From the NCBI GenBank assembly GCA_051530055.1, contig CM121343.1, forward strand, positions 7,194,044 to 7,258,043: 64,000 bases of DNA, read 5' to 3'. The notes below the pieces were generated by a model. That model did not search any database. It saw nothing but the letters and a program-made list of their open reading frames with translations, and had not been told where the DNA came from. Made by a program: the position numbers and the translations under genes. This stretch comes from Neoechinorhynchus agilis. Its lineage: Eukaryota > Animalia > Acanthocephala. This document shows, in pieces, positions 26,140 to 37,676 of this stretch (position 1 is its first letter; each line of letters opens with the position of its first letter).

Positions 26140-26335
26140 TGAATATTTCATCCAGAATTGATTTTTTGGTGGAGTGCATAACGATTTTGAACATTTTTAT
26201 GCGTGGCTCAGCCGGTAGTCTTTTTATCGATGAATATAAGATGACTATTTCTTTTCATCATACACGACTGAAATGTGGACTCACAGTCCACCGCCGATTC
26301 ATTGGTCTGGTTGCGCAATTATGAGCTTGTGTACT
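26140..26335 (+). repeat. Dispersed ~190-bp duplication (copy 1)
   Basis: Near-identical to the reverse complement of 60180-60388. Contains the hairpin GTGGAC-tcaca-GTCCAC. Confidence 0.85.
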
Positions 26336-27410
26336 TTGGTGATGAGAAGAATAGATATTGATTTATTGTACTGCGAAAAACAACTTCTTAACTTTCTCTT
26401 ATATCGAAAAAATTACAACCTGAAGAAGTCTGAAGAGACGGACAAAATATTGAGAACAACAAATCAACATCTATTCTTCTCATCACCAAAGAACAACTTT
26501 TTTGAAATTATGAATTTGTGAATCTATTCGAATCCTCAGATACCTCCCGAAGAGACGGGATCGCCTTTGGTTATGAGACATCAACCATTGTGGATTCGAA
26601 CCTTTTGACCCACTTAGACTGGGATTCGGGCTCAAATCCACTCGACCACCTCGGCACAACTACGGAATGTACAAACTTTGCTGTCCATATGCAAGGCCAC
26701 TTAATTCGATGAGACCGCTAAGTTTCTAAACCTAAAGACCAAATTTGCACATAAATTGACACGAAAGAATTCCAGATGCTGACGCAACACAAATTGAGCA
26801 TATCGTCAAAATGCCGGTAATGTAGAATTTCCCGCTGGTTTTAGACGGCTTAAATCGATAAAAGCCTTGAATATTGGAAGTCTATTCGATTTGTTTTTAT
26901 AAATCAGCCATATTCTCAAAACGAAGCCTAAAGAGGAGGACGAACTTGTGTCATGTGGGCATTTTGATGGTTACTAGTACAATGATTGTATACTGCACCG
27001 CTGATTGACTTCCAATCGATGTTCCAACTCACAACGTGTTGAGTAGGAATTTCACTCGAGGTATAAAATGCTAGGTAAGAATAACGTCACGTTTATGTTG
27101 CGAATGAAAGACTCAACCTTTTGTGTAGAAAGCGTTATGAGTTGTGAGGCACAACCAAGTGGTCACAATCCCGCTAGAGATACGTTCCCGAGTTAAACTT
27201 TCAACGCAAGAACGAGTTAATCTCGCACAAATGCATTTCAAATCCCCGAGTGACATCAGGCGAGGTACTTTTGGTTCCCTGCTTTGAGGTCGTCCTTTGC
27301 AATTTATGCTTAACTCACTGCGCTGGAAGAATCCGTTAAAGGTTTAAACTTCGAACGGACAGTGATGTCACGTTTGAACATTGACCTTTTTTGCTATTTT
27401 TAGAGTTGGG

Positions 27411-28741
27411 ATGTCCAGAGCGTCTATTCTGAGGGTTGTGATTTTGACAACAATCATTTCAAGTACTTTGTTGCTTCTAAACGCTCAATCAGATTATATG
27501 ACCGAAAATGCCAGCAAATCCAAGTCGGTGATGATTACGCGACACTCATTGGTGAAACCGTATTACAGTGAGTATTGTTACCGGGTGAAAACTCGTTTTT
27601 AAGATCAGAAACTATTTAGCGTCTAGTTTAAGGGATTGGAAGTTCCTCCGATCTGCGTATTTGACTAATAGTCATATTGTGTTGACTCGAGATGAGCGGA
27701 GTCGACAGGGAGCCGTTTGGAACCTTCAACAGGTCCTTTTTCCTTACTGGGAAGTCGAGATCGAGTTTCAGGTGACGGGTTCGGGGTCGGATTTGTATGG
27801 AGATGGGCTCGTATTTTGGTATGCGAAGGAAGCGATGATTGATGGTCCGGTGTTTGGCTATAAGGATTATTTCCATGGTCTTGGGGTCTTTATGGACACT
27901 TACAACAACCACAACGGAGAGCATTCGCATGAACATCCATATATATCCGTTATGATCAACGACGGTACAAAGCATTACGATCATGATAGAGATGGGACAC
28001 ACACTCAATTATCCGGATGTACTTTCTTTTTCCGGTCGTCGACCGATACAGCCTTTGTAAAGATTCGGTATCTCGACGATAGGCTCACTGTTCGTAGGAG
28101 ATGATATCACTTTAAACTCATGTTTAGCTTGTTTTCTGGCCTAGAAATTGAAATGGTTTTTTTTTGGGTTTTAAAATCATTTTAATTTCTCTACGCCAGA
28201 CAACAACCTATTTATGAACAATTCAATCTTCAACTCATTCATGTTTATAGGTACTCAAGAGAATGTCCACTGAACAGGACTATTCAACATGCATTGAAGC
28301 CGACGGAGTTCGACTACCAACCAAATATTACATGGGCGTTACTGCAGCGACCGGCGATCTTTCTGGTAATGCTGCTCGTGTTCTCTGATGATCTAGCAGC
28401 CTTAGTGGTTCTTTTTTTGTAGATGAGCATCGATTGATTTCGTTTAAAACGTACGCTTTATCCGCCACTAAAGCACTAAACGAGGACCGATCATCAATCG
28501 TACCGTTTGCAGCTGGATCCGAAAAGGAAAGAGGTTGTTCCGATTTTATATCTACCAATATAATTAATCAGTTTCGCTTAAAATTTTAGATCACGTAGAT
28601 GACGTCAGGCCGCTATGGTTCCTAAAAGCTTTCAAATATTTATTTTATTTGATGCTCCTCATATCGATCTTCGCAATCCTCGCTTGGGCATTTGTACGCT
28701 TTAATCGGACAAGGGAACTTCAAAGAAAAAGATTTTATTAA
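27411..28741 (+). CDS. LMAN2: VIP36/LMAN2-family L-type lectin cargo receptor, 5 exons
   Basis: Signal peptide, RHSLVKPY, LTRDERSRQGAVWN, LYGDGLVFWY, GPVFG.KD.FHGLGVFMDTY, GVRLPTKYYMGVTAATGDLSD.H, TM helix and C-terminal RKRFY. Introns at about 27569-27619, 28090-28250, 28366-28420 and 28535-28590. Confidence 0.92.
28122..28231 (+). mobile_element. Asymmetric fold-back in LMAN2 intron 2 (family of 36514-36708)
   Basis: Arms ttgttttctggcctagaaatt / aatttctctacgccagacaacaa. 3' extension ...tatgaacaattcaatcttc. 7-bp repeat aactcat at 28115-28121 and 28232-28238. Confidence 0.65.
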
Positions 28742-29904
28742 ATATTGTGTACTATCAATCGACCGTCGGCGACTAAATCACCTTCCGAGAAGATTGCTTT
28801 TAGATCCAATCAAAAGATATCATCATGTTTTTTTGCTTGACCATGCATCTCAAATTTAATGTTCCATGTGTGCACATTGAAATCACTAGTTTTTTAGCCA
28901 GAAATAATTTTCATTGCCGAGAAATTTAAATTGGGGTTTGTACTTTTCACACTAAAAATGAATCTTTTTTACTTATTAGACGCTGCATATGAAAATCAAT
29001 GCTAATTCTCATAACCATTTCTTTCAAATGTTCTTTTGTCGAATATATGGAATATCTCTTGATCCTATAATGTCCCTTCCAAACAACGAAAAACTTTCTT
29101 CGCCAGAATTCATCATGCAACCCGCGGAATGTCCATACTTAGAAAAATGAAACAAAATAATTGTCATCGTCATCGATGTTGCAATGATCTTTTTGACGAC
29201 TCTATTGTTTTTATTTTTATTGCCATTTCGTGATATAAAACTACTATTGACTTGTCTTTTTGTCATTTGGCAAGCCGTTTTTATTAATTAACTGCTGGAA
29301 CATCCCTTGATTCAATCACTTCTCTGATCCGAGATATCGGTTGCCTGTATGCCTAAAAGGAAAAAGGCGAGCAAGGGATGTTCACTTAATTAACTGAACC
29401 GGCTTGCCATTAGACATAAGAAAATTCAGTACTTGCCCCGAGGTATAAAACTGGCAGAGTTTGTACATTCCGTAGCTGTGTCGAAGTGGACTTGAGTCCC
29501 GAATCTGTGTTTCAGAGTCAAAGTGTTCAAAATCCATTAGCGTCGATGACTCATAACGAATGGGGAAGGAAACAAAATGACGAGTCCGTCTCCTCAGGAG
29601 GTATCCAAATATCTGGAGGGATTTATCGGATATTCACATGAAATTCGAATAAGAAAAAACCTTACAACGCCTCTGCATCTACTATTAGTTTTTTGATATA
29701 AATCACTAAAAGAAATTAGCGCGTAAATCCGGCGGTCGACCACGCCCAAAAAGTAGTGTCCCGGTAATAATCGTTTTCAAAATAGCAATGAAACGTTTTC
29801 CATCCATCCCAAATCCAGCGGATCGTAAAAGATGAATTGAATTCGCTTTTTCATTTAAAGATTAGAAATCTTAGGTTGGTCTTTACCCGATAAATGATAT
29901 TTTA

Positions 29905-30580
29905 TTAAAAACGTTCGAACCTCGCCGGGTTCATCATCAGCTTGTTAGTTATTAAAAGACGTTAAAATAACTAACAAGCTGATGATGGATCCAGCGAGGT
30001 TCGCAGAACTTCTTTAATGAATTCTTTACCGGGTGATGGCCTAAATAAAGGACTTTTAACCATATTCCCTGGTACCTCCTCACATATCAACATTTTGAAC
30101 TTTTTATTAAAAGTCTTTTATTTGGGTCTTCACCAGCTAAAGAGTTTATTAAAGACGTTCTGCAAACTTCGTTGGGTTCATTATCAATTTGTTAGTTATT
30201 AAAAGGCACTAACAAACTGATGATGAACCCGACGAGGTTCGTAGAACTTCTTTAATGAATTCTTTACCGGGTGATGGCCTAAATAAAAGACCTTTAACCA
30301 TATTCCCTGGTACCCCCTCACATATCGACGTTTTGAACTTTTTATTAAAAGTCTTTTATTTGGGTCTTCACCAGCTAAAGAGTTTATTAAATACGTTCTG
30401 CGAACTTCGTTGGGTTCATCATCAGTTTGTTAGTTATTGGAATACGCTAACAAACTGATGATGAACCCGACGAGGTTCGTAGAACATCTTTAATCGAAAT
30501 AATCATTTATCGCGGTTGTGTAGACTTCTAAACAATAATTCCAATCACATTTCCCGGTACCTCCTCACAAATCGATATTC
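29905..30580. mobile_element. Tandem array of fold-back family A (238-bp unit) with degenerate hammerhead cores
   Basis: Units 238 bp apart (30017 vs 30255). Motif aacaaa-CTGATGAT-GAACC-n6-GGTTC-g(c/t)aGAAC-GTC-ttt on both strands. Confidence 0.85.
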
Positions 30581-30795
30581 CCTTTATTATTTAACACGTA
30601 TGAAAGTTGAAGCACAACTATAACGCCCTTGCAATATTTCGTAAAATTAGAATAGTAATTTAATGTGCTTTACAAACAGTCTTTATTGAAAATTTCTGAA
30701 ATTGGGCTTTTAACTAACAACCAACGCGTTTTTCGCTTTAAAAAGTCTGTTTTTATTTCTCATTCAATGATTAATAAATTGAAAACGCATTTAGC

Positions 30796-31440
30796 TCAAT
30801 ACGGATTTTTATGCGGCCTTGCGTCACTTTTGTAATCCACATCTTTCTTGGCCGACTTTGATAATTCAATGATTTTCTTTTCGTTATTATGAGATGGTAC
30901 TTCATCGTCGATTTTATTGATGTCCAAATTCATTAGTTGTCGTGATAGATCGTCTACAGAGGAATTTCCCAACTGATTTTGCGAGTCCGTCATTTTATAA
31001 CCGGAGTACATAAAGTCATTACCGAATCCATTAAACGGACTTCTATTGATTGCAGGAAGTTCATTTTTTTCATTGTTTAGCTCACTAATGTTCCTTTTGA
31101 GCTCCATTGCTGTTCCGACTATAATTTTTCGATTGCGGATACAATATTGTCCCGTCTAATAAGTTACATCATTAATAAAGAGTACGTTTTACAAGTAGAC
31201 TCACGTATTCTTGAAGTATTTTAAGGACGGTTTCAGGCGATCTGAAGGTTACAAAAGCATATTTGCTAAATTAATGGGCATAAAAAGAAATTGAATTTAT
31301 AAGAATTGGTACTTGCCGTGTGTAAGGACGAAATTCTTTATATCCGACAATGTCTCCATCAGAAGAGAATAGATCAATAACATCCCGCATGGTTGAAAAG
31401 GGACTCAAATTTCCGACGTATATCCTGTTCAGAAAAAGGA
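30796..31440 (-). CDS. Boule/DAZ-like single-RRM RNA-binding protein
   Basis: NRIYVGNL..TMRDVIDLFSSDGDI (RNP2), intron, KYAFVTFRSPETVLKILQE (RNP1), intron, RNRKIIVGTAMELK, then an N-rich tail. 5' exon not defined. Confidence 0.65.
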
Positions 31441-31931
31441 TACACTTTAGACGTATTGGGTATCGCTGCAGACACTCCATCCATTCGCGAGATAGTGATG
31501 AAAGGTCATCAGTTCCGACGGAGAATACTATTTCTTCATCAACGAGGATGTATCTGTCATTGTCGCAGTAGAACATGATAGAGTGCAACAATCACGCTGG
31601 ACAAAAAGGATATTTCCTACGAGAACTAGTTGTCATGACGACGAGCGTGTCCGTATTTTTGCATATCACAATAAACGAGCAATTGATCTTCCTGTAAGTA
31701 TTGACTAAACAAATTACCTGGCTCGAAATTTTGATTTCAGTTCCGAACATTATCATCGATATCGAAATGCTATATCTAGTCGTGATGATCTAAAATGGAT
31801 TCGGAATCATTAAATAGACGGCTCAAATTGTAAAGTCAGCTCCTTCTTGAATACTCCTCAGGCTTCTATTTCGTCGCTTTCATAGGTGGCCTAATGTGAT
31901 CGAGTATTCGTTTACAAGTAGTTATTTGACA

Positions 31932-32112
31932 CTTTTTTTATAGCGAATTATCAAATAATTGATTTATTTGATAATGTTCAGCCTTCGCATAGGCCTTCTT
32001 CAGTCTATTGTTTTCGAAGAAAAATTCGAATTAGAAGGCCGAAAATTATCAAATTAATCAATCAATTATTTGATAATTCGCTATAAAAGTAAATGATGAA
32101 CATCCTTATAAA
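31932..32112. mobile_element. Asymmetric fold-back, hammerhead family B
   Basis: 13-bp duplication tagttatttgaca at 31919-31931 and 32113-32125. The minus arm has CTGAAGA (31997-32003) with GAAC in place of GAAA; the plus arm keeps only GGCC-GAAA-ATTA. Confidence 0.88.
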
Positions 32113-32625
32113 TAGTTATTTGACAGTCGTAAATGGCTCTTCAATTTTTTTAGACTGAATTGGCGCTTAGGACACTTCGATTTGGTGCAATAAATATCTG
32201 ATTTATAAGGTATCTCAGCGTTTCTGAATGCTTCAGCCGTCAACGAGATTGATTTTCAAATCGAACAAAATCGTAGTAACACTTCTGCATTAAGTTTTGC
32301 GTTGTAGCAAATATCAGAAACCCTATTCAAGCCAATTTGTGGCTATTTAGGCTATTAATAAGATTTTACTCAATTAAAATTTCATTATATTCATGTTCTT
32401 TAAACAACTGAACTAACCATTTTGACTTGTGTTAAAGGTAATCCCGGTATTGTTCGCGAAATATTTCGAACCAGGGAACCTCGCCTATGGGCAATAATTT
32501 GATTCATCGATCTCATTTTTATCCAAAATGGATAACACAATCCGCCGAAAAGATGTATTCGTGCACCATAGCCCTTGTTTTAGATATATTTCGAACGTGA
32601 TAGAAATATTCCTCTTGTAAGCATA

Positions 32626-32958
32626 ATGGATGACGTTCATCGATCAAGTTACATTTGCGGGTTTTGTAATAAGCCATTGTTCACTTCGACGGAGCTCAAC
32701 GAGCACACTGTTCAGTGTTCGAAACCAAGCATTACACGTAATGATGAATTCGGCATCTATACGGAGTTACTTGATTGGATGATGGATAAAACCTTAAGCG
32801 GTGAAAGTTATTTCCTCCCAAAGGGCAAAATACAGTGCCCACAGTGCCACGTAAAGCTCGGCCGCTATTCAAACATTGGATTGAGATGCGAGTGCGGTCA
32901 ATGGGTAGCACCCAGTTATCGATTTACATTGAAAAAATTGATTCAAATAAACAATTAA
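32626..32958 (+). CDS. DUSP12/Yvh1-type C-terminal zinc-binding domain
   Basis: YICGFCNKPLF..EH..C..LLDWM..GKIQCPQCHVKLGRY..GLRCECGQWVAP reproduces the Yvh1 Cys/His spacing. No phosphatase exon found upstream. Confidence 0.75.
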   Translation: MDDVHRSSYICGFCNKPLFTSTELNEHTVQCSKPSITRNDEFGIYTELLDWMMDKTLSGESYFLPKGKIQCPQCHVKLGRYSNIGLRCECGQWVAPSYRFTLKKLIQINN

Positions 32959-34182
32959 CTGAATTGCTTATAATGTTTCAAAACATCCATCCTAATAAGA
33001 CAAATTTGCAATTTTTTAGGTGATACCACAATCTGCGCTTATCTAACCAGCGATTTCGTTTACAACCTAGCAAGCCCTTCTTGGTCACAATGCAAAATAT
33101 CTTAATGTATCATTTGCGGGCATTATCGAAACCTGAGTTTTGGGCGCGATATGTTTAATATTTTAGCAGATGCGTCTCTGCGAACAATCCGGACATCCAT
33201 TCTCGATCGTCGCAGCAGTTTTCGAACGTCATTATTTTAATTTTCGCTGATATGTGATATCTTAAGAATCAGGTTTCCTCCATATCGATTCCTTCAACGA
33301 TCATCGATTTTCAATCGAAGAATCGTGATCTACAAGATGATCAGCGAACGATGTTTGGCCGGTGACAATCGTTAGGTCATCTAAATCGGGGAAAATGAAC
33401 AGCAACACGTTCAGAAAGCACTGAATCCGGACGCAAAACCATGGTCACACCATGAGCAGCGAACCACTCAAAGGGCAACAGTGACGGAGAAATAAAACTC
33501 TTCACTCGAGTTAGGTTTGTGGCACCGACTCTGGAAATAAGATCGACAAAGCTCCAGAATTGCTCAACCGGCGAAACAAACCTTCCGCCTCGATGTCGCT
33601 GCCTTAACGCACCCTTCACATCTCAACACGCCTTTGTAGATTCCTGAGGAAGCTTTAAGACAGCGAAAGCTTCAAAATGAAGATTTTTCTTTATTATTAC
33701 AACGGCTCGTCCAAGTGTCCATTTTCGAAAACAAAAAATTGGTATTAGCCAATAACGTAACTTGGTCCTATATATCTACGTATCTATTCAACTACGCAAA
33801 TAACCATAATTGGGAATCACAGAAAAATGAAACAGCTTAAAGCTCCTAAATTTCATCAATTTTGTAGCACTAACAAAAGCTTTTAAGGCATTTATCTGCT
33901 CATGGCTCTTCAAATGCTCCATTAAATCAATCGCATAAGGTAGTAGACGTACTGTTTTTTCCATTATGATTCAGTCTCGTCAAAGTGCTACAGCAGTTTT
34001 TAAAATTGATGTTTTTGTCTCAAAGATGTCTAATGTCAATAAAGTCCATAAACTTAGTATTTTTCCCGTCTAAGAGCAGAAATAAGAAGTTTTGAGGAAA
34101 ACTCAGTGCTTTCAGTCATTCCAACGGTCAGAATTATTTTTTCCAAATCCACAACCAATCACACGCACGGATTTCAAAACTT

Positions 34183-34911
34183 TTAAGCGCTAAGCGTATT
34201 GTAAGTAATAGTGTTTCTTCTTTTATAGATTCGAATGGCGATGACCGTGACAAGTACGCCAAATAATCCCAAAAATATTCCCCCTACAAAACTTCCAACA
34301 TGGAAACTCTTACATGGTTTCACGACTACTGGCTCACTGGTCACCGGCGTCTTGGTTGTCGTTTTCTCCGCTTCTGTGGTTGTCGTTTTGGGCGCTTTTG
34401 TGGTTGTCGTTACGGGCGTTTTTGTTGTTGTTGTCGTTTTCTCCGCTTCTGTGGTTTTCGGTGTTTCTTGGGTTGTTAATGTTTCCCTATTATCAATCGT
34501 TGTCTCATTGGTCTCTGATTGGGACTCTAAGGTTGCCACTGTAGTATTTGACTTGGTATCGCCAGCATCCGTGACTTGGTTACTTGCAGCAGTAGCCTCC
34601 TCCTTTCGGCTTTCAGTATTGGTTTGGTTCAATATGTGTGCCGCTTTTTTTTGATTACTCGTGGTTTGATCATGGGTACTACTAGTAGGATCGTTTGTGG
34701 ATTTAGGCATATTGACATTTGTAGGTGTATTTTTGTCGTCAATTGAGTTAGTTTTCCAAGTGAGTGAATTTGATGATGAAGAAGGATCGGTTGCGGATTG
34801 AGGCATATTGACAGTTATAGATGTATTTTCCCCATCATTTAAGTTAGTTGTTGAGCAATGGACTGTTTGAAACACAATGCATATTAAGCAACTGATTGCA
34901 ATGGGAAACAT
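34183..34911 (-). CDS. CD164/porimin-like type I membrane sialomucin, intronless
   Basis: Signal peptide MFPIAISCLICIVFQTVHC, T/S-rich stalk, FHVGSFVGG + TM helix, and a Yxx-phi tail (YNTL). Confidence 0.85.
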   Translation of the reverse strand: MFPIAISCLICIVFQTVHCSTTNLNDGENTSITVNMPQSATDPSSSSNSLTWKTNSIDDKNTPTNVNMPKSTNDPTSSTHDQTTSNQKKAAHILNQTNTESRKEEATAASNQVTDAGDTKSNTTVATLESQSETNETTIDNRETLTTQETPKTTEAEKTTTTTKTPVTTTTKAPKTTTTEAEKTTTKTPVTSEPVVVKPCKSFHVGSFVGGIFLGLFGVLVTVIAIRIYKRRNTITYNTLSA

Positions 34912-35032
34912 ATCTAAAAGTGCGAACAATCCACAGTGAGTGCAAATGCTCAGGTAGTGCACACGTCATTTTTGTTTCTTTAAAACTATAATGATACCGT
35001 GAGATGTGTTTTCCTTAAGGTTTTTAGTCGCA

Positions 35033-35188
35033 ATGTCCAATGAATGTGAGAGCCAAGTATTTGACAGTACGAGTTTCGTTGGAGGTCTGCTTACATCGAT
35101 CGGTACAGTGACACTAATTTACATCGTCCACACGTTTGTTGTTTCAAATCGCGGATCCCGATGGATGCAGCGTGTTTTGAGGTTCTAG
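35033..35188 (+). CDS. 51-aa micro-protein consisting of the CD164-type FDxxSFVGG motif, a TM helix and a short tail
   Basis: MSNECESQVFDSTSFVGGLLTSIGTVTLIYIVHTF... Confidence 0.55.
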   Translation: MSNECESQVFDSTSFVGGLLTSIGTVTLIYIVHTFVVSNRGSRWMQRVLRF

Positions 35189-36215
35189 CACACAATATGG
35201 CAGCAAGGAATCGTGCAAGACATTAGATGCACAAGTTCTGCATTTCATTTATCTCCACATCAGAAAGACTTGGTCCTTTGGAAGCATTCAACAAGTCACG
35301 TTTTTCAACACAAATAAAAACTCTTTGTATTGAATGCGTACGGGAGTTCGTGTTGTCTCAGAATCACGATATCACCGCTAGACAAAAAAAGGCACGCAAA
35401 TAGAGGCACACACACACATAATGATGATGGAATTTGTATTATGGCTAAGCGAAAAGCACCGGAGTGATACGGAACAAGTTAGAACTAACAATGCTCGATT
35501 CCACTTTATCTAGTTTCTGAAAAACAAAATATTCGCGCATTTGACCATACCTTCTAGCGGTTTTGTGATCCGTAAAGACTATTCCGTTGTTTATGCCAAG
35601 TTCTATAATTTTTAAATTTTTTCTCCATAATCATTTTGCCACATAAACGGAACACAGTTATCAATCATTCCAATTTTAGTCGCACTCAAAAACATCAACT
35701 TTGATCCTCTGGCAGCCAACAGAGTTCCAACCCATGGTGGAGGAAACATAGAATGACAAATGTGCTTGTCGCATTTTGTAGAGAACGTGATGAAGTACTC
35801 GAAGAGGTTCCATGGAAGTTACCTTCTAAACATCACAAATGCCTAAAAGGATAAAAACACCAAATGGTTTATCAAAATTGCGTGTTGTTCACATTTCTCC
35901 ATCTTTATCCGGATGTAAGGTGAAAAATATTGACGATTTCTCAAAAAAACAAGTTAACAAAGTCCGAGTTCAATGTTAGTACCTGTAGATTTTTTGTGGC
36001 GCAACCTGGCTAAATCTCAGCCTTGTTTTTAAGATAAAACGCAGTATTTCATTTAGTGGGAAGGGCTCACATTAAGAAGACGATTAATAAAAGAAAGGAG
36101 AGTAGAGCTGCAAAAAGAGGGTTAGTGCCTAACAAAGATTACCCATTAGAAAGCCATTTCGTGGTGTGAAAGACGTAGTGTCAATAGAGTTTTAGACAAA
36201 AAAAGGTTTTAAACC

Positions 36216-36428
36216 TACAGCCGCGATAAATGATTATTTCGATTAAAGACGTTCTGCGTACTTCGTTGGGTTCATCATCAATTTGTTAGTTATTGGAATA
36301 CGCTAACAAACTTATAAGGAACCCAGCGAGGTTCGTAGAACGTCTTTAATCGAAATAATCATTTACCGCGGGTGTAGACTTCTAAACAATAATTCCAATC
36401 ACATTCCCCGGTTACCTTACATATCGAC
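36216..36428 (+). mobile_element. Single fold-back family A unit
   Basis: 12-bp duplication aggttttaaacc at 36204-36215 and 36429-36440. The long arm ends in catatcgac, like other family A copies. Confidence 0.88.
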
Positions 36429-36513
36429 AGGTTTTAAACCGCACGAATCATTGAAACCGCTCAAATGGCACCACAAAAAGTATGCCAAGTAGAGATGAAT
36501 TTTTAATATATTT

Positions 36514-36708
36514 GAAGATTGAATTATTCATAAATAGGTTGTTTTATGGCCTAGAGAAATTAAAATGATTTTATTTTTAAAATTCGAATCCCCACGCGTG
36601 TAAATTTTAGATTCTGATCAAACGGCGTACAAGATCACGTGGCTCCGAAACCAATCGGATTTTAAAATCCAAAAAATCATTTTAATTCCTAGGCCAAAAA
36701 ACAACCTA
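36514..36708 (-). mobile_element. Asymmetric fold-back without a clear hammerhead core
   Basis: Arms taaataggttgtttt..tggcctag / ctaggccaaaaaacaacctattt. 13-bp duplication ttttaatatattt at 36501-36513 and 36709-36721. Confidence 0.75.
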
Positions 36709-36780
36709 TTTTAATATATTTTGACAGTCGAGCACCGGGGGTACGCGAGAAGGCATTATAGCAAAAAAAACCTTGAGTTT

Positions 36781-36929
36781 ATGTTGAAAAGATAATTCAT
36801 TGTTATTTGTCGATAGGAGAAAATAAATGAAATTAAGATTTTATTGGATATTTCGATCCACTATCTCGTATCTTCTTCAGCGATTGTTTGTAAGTTTTTA
36901 AATATGTGAGTTCACATATTTAAAAACTT
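36781..36929 (-). mobile_element. Fold-back with long arm carrying a hammerhead core (family E) and a 20-nt inverted arm
   Basis: 11-bp duplication accttgagttt at 36770-36780 and 36930-36940. The minus strand reads CUGAAGA-A-GAU...AUC-GAAA-UAUC at about 36846-36880. Confidence 0.8.
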
Positions 36930-37441
36930 ACCTTGAGTTTATTGTAATGACCACATTTTAAATGCACATTAATGGGTTCGGCAGAGTTAAACACAAGAAA
37001 GGGACCTTCTTGAGTCATCAGTTTTTTAAGTTTATAAATCAGAAACGGATTACCTTCAAGTATATTTTAAAATGATTTCCAGGTTGATAGGGTGGAACCA
37101 TCACAACCATTGCAGCACTTTATTTGATGGTATTTATTCTATAAACCGTAATGTGAGTGCCTCACAATAACGCATTAGACCGGCGTGCCTATAACCGAAC
37201 AGACTGGCAATAAAGTCGTTCGGCAGTCATCAGTACCGCAGTGCAATTAGATTCTAGCAAACATATTGGGTTCCAGGTAAAGGGCCTATTCCCACAATTT
37301 GGATGCATATCTGATCTTTGCAAATTGCCTGATTGGGACGACATTCGATACACATTCATTATCAAGTTATCGACAGGGAAAATAATTCGGGATGATGGAG
37401 ATGTGGTGATCATTATCCCAGGAGAAAGACTCTCTAATCTC

Positions 37442-37676
37442 GAATATATATTTAACATTGCTGATAAAATATGGTGAAGAAAATAAGAACTGAGAAATTC
37501 GATTTTATTGTGAATTTTCGGCCTTAGCGTAGGCCTTTTTTAGACTATTGCTTGCAAGTGTTTACGACGGTCGTAAACACTTGCAAGCAATAGTCTGAAG
37601 AAGGCCTACGCTAAGGCCGAAAATTCACAATAAAATCGAATTTCTCAGTTCTTATTTTCTTCACCATATTTTATCA
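37442..37676. mobile_element. Near-perfect fold-back, hammerhead family B
   Basis: Arms of about 105 bp centred on gtttacgacggtcgtaaac. 12-bp duplication ctctctaatctc at 37430-37441 and 37677-37688. Confidence 0.92.
37590..37631 (+). ncRNA. Minimal type I hammerhead ribozyme (predicted)
   Basis: AUAGU-CUGAAGA-A-GGCC-uacgcuaa-GGCC-GAAA-AUU-C-ACAAU, with palindromic helix III AAUU and predicted cleavage after C37626. Confidence 0.75.

Noticed and set aside
26416-26460. cctgaagaagtctgaagagacggacaaaatatt as a hammerhead
   Set aside because: No GAAA after the putative stem II, and no inverted arm or TSD.
26575-26650. Functional tRNA gene on the minus strand
   Set aside because: A and B boxes are present but the acceptor and anticodon stems do not pair.
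30017-30458. Small repeated ORFs (MNSLPGDGLNK...) as peptides
   Set aside because: They are by-products of the family A repeat. The same applies to the mirrored ORFs at 53881-54198, 46368-46661 and 56214-56444.
35200-36060. Possible DnaJ-like gene on the minus strand (LHPDK at about 35905-35920)
   Set aside because: A single short motif; I could not assemble a consistent exon chain.
36514-36713. Classical MITE
   Set aside because: The duplication lies outside an 18-nt one-sided extension and overlaps the other arm, matching the asymmetric fold-back pattern rather than symmetric TIR ends.
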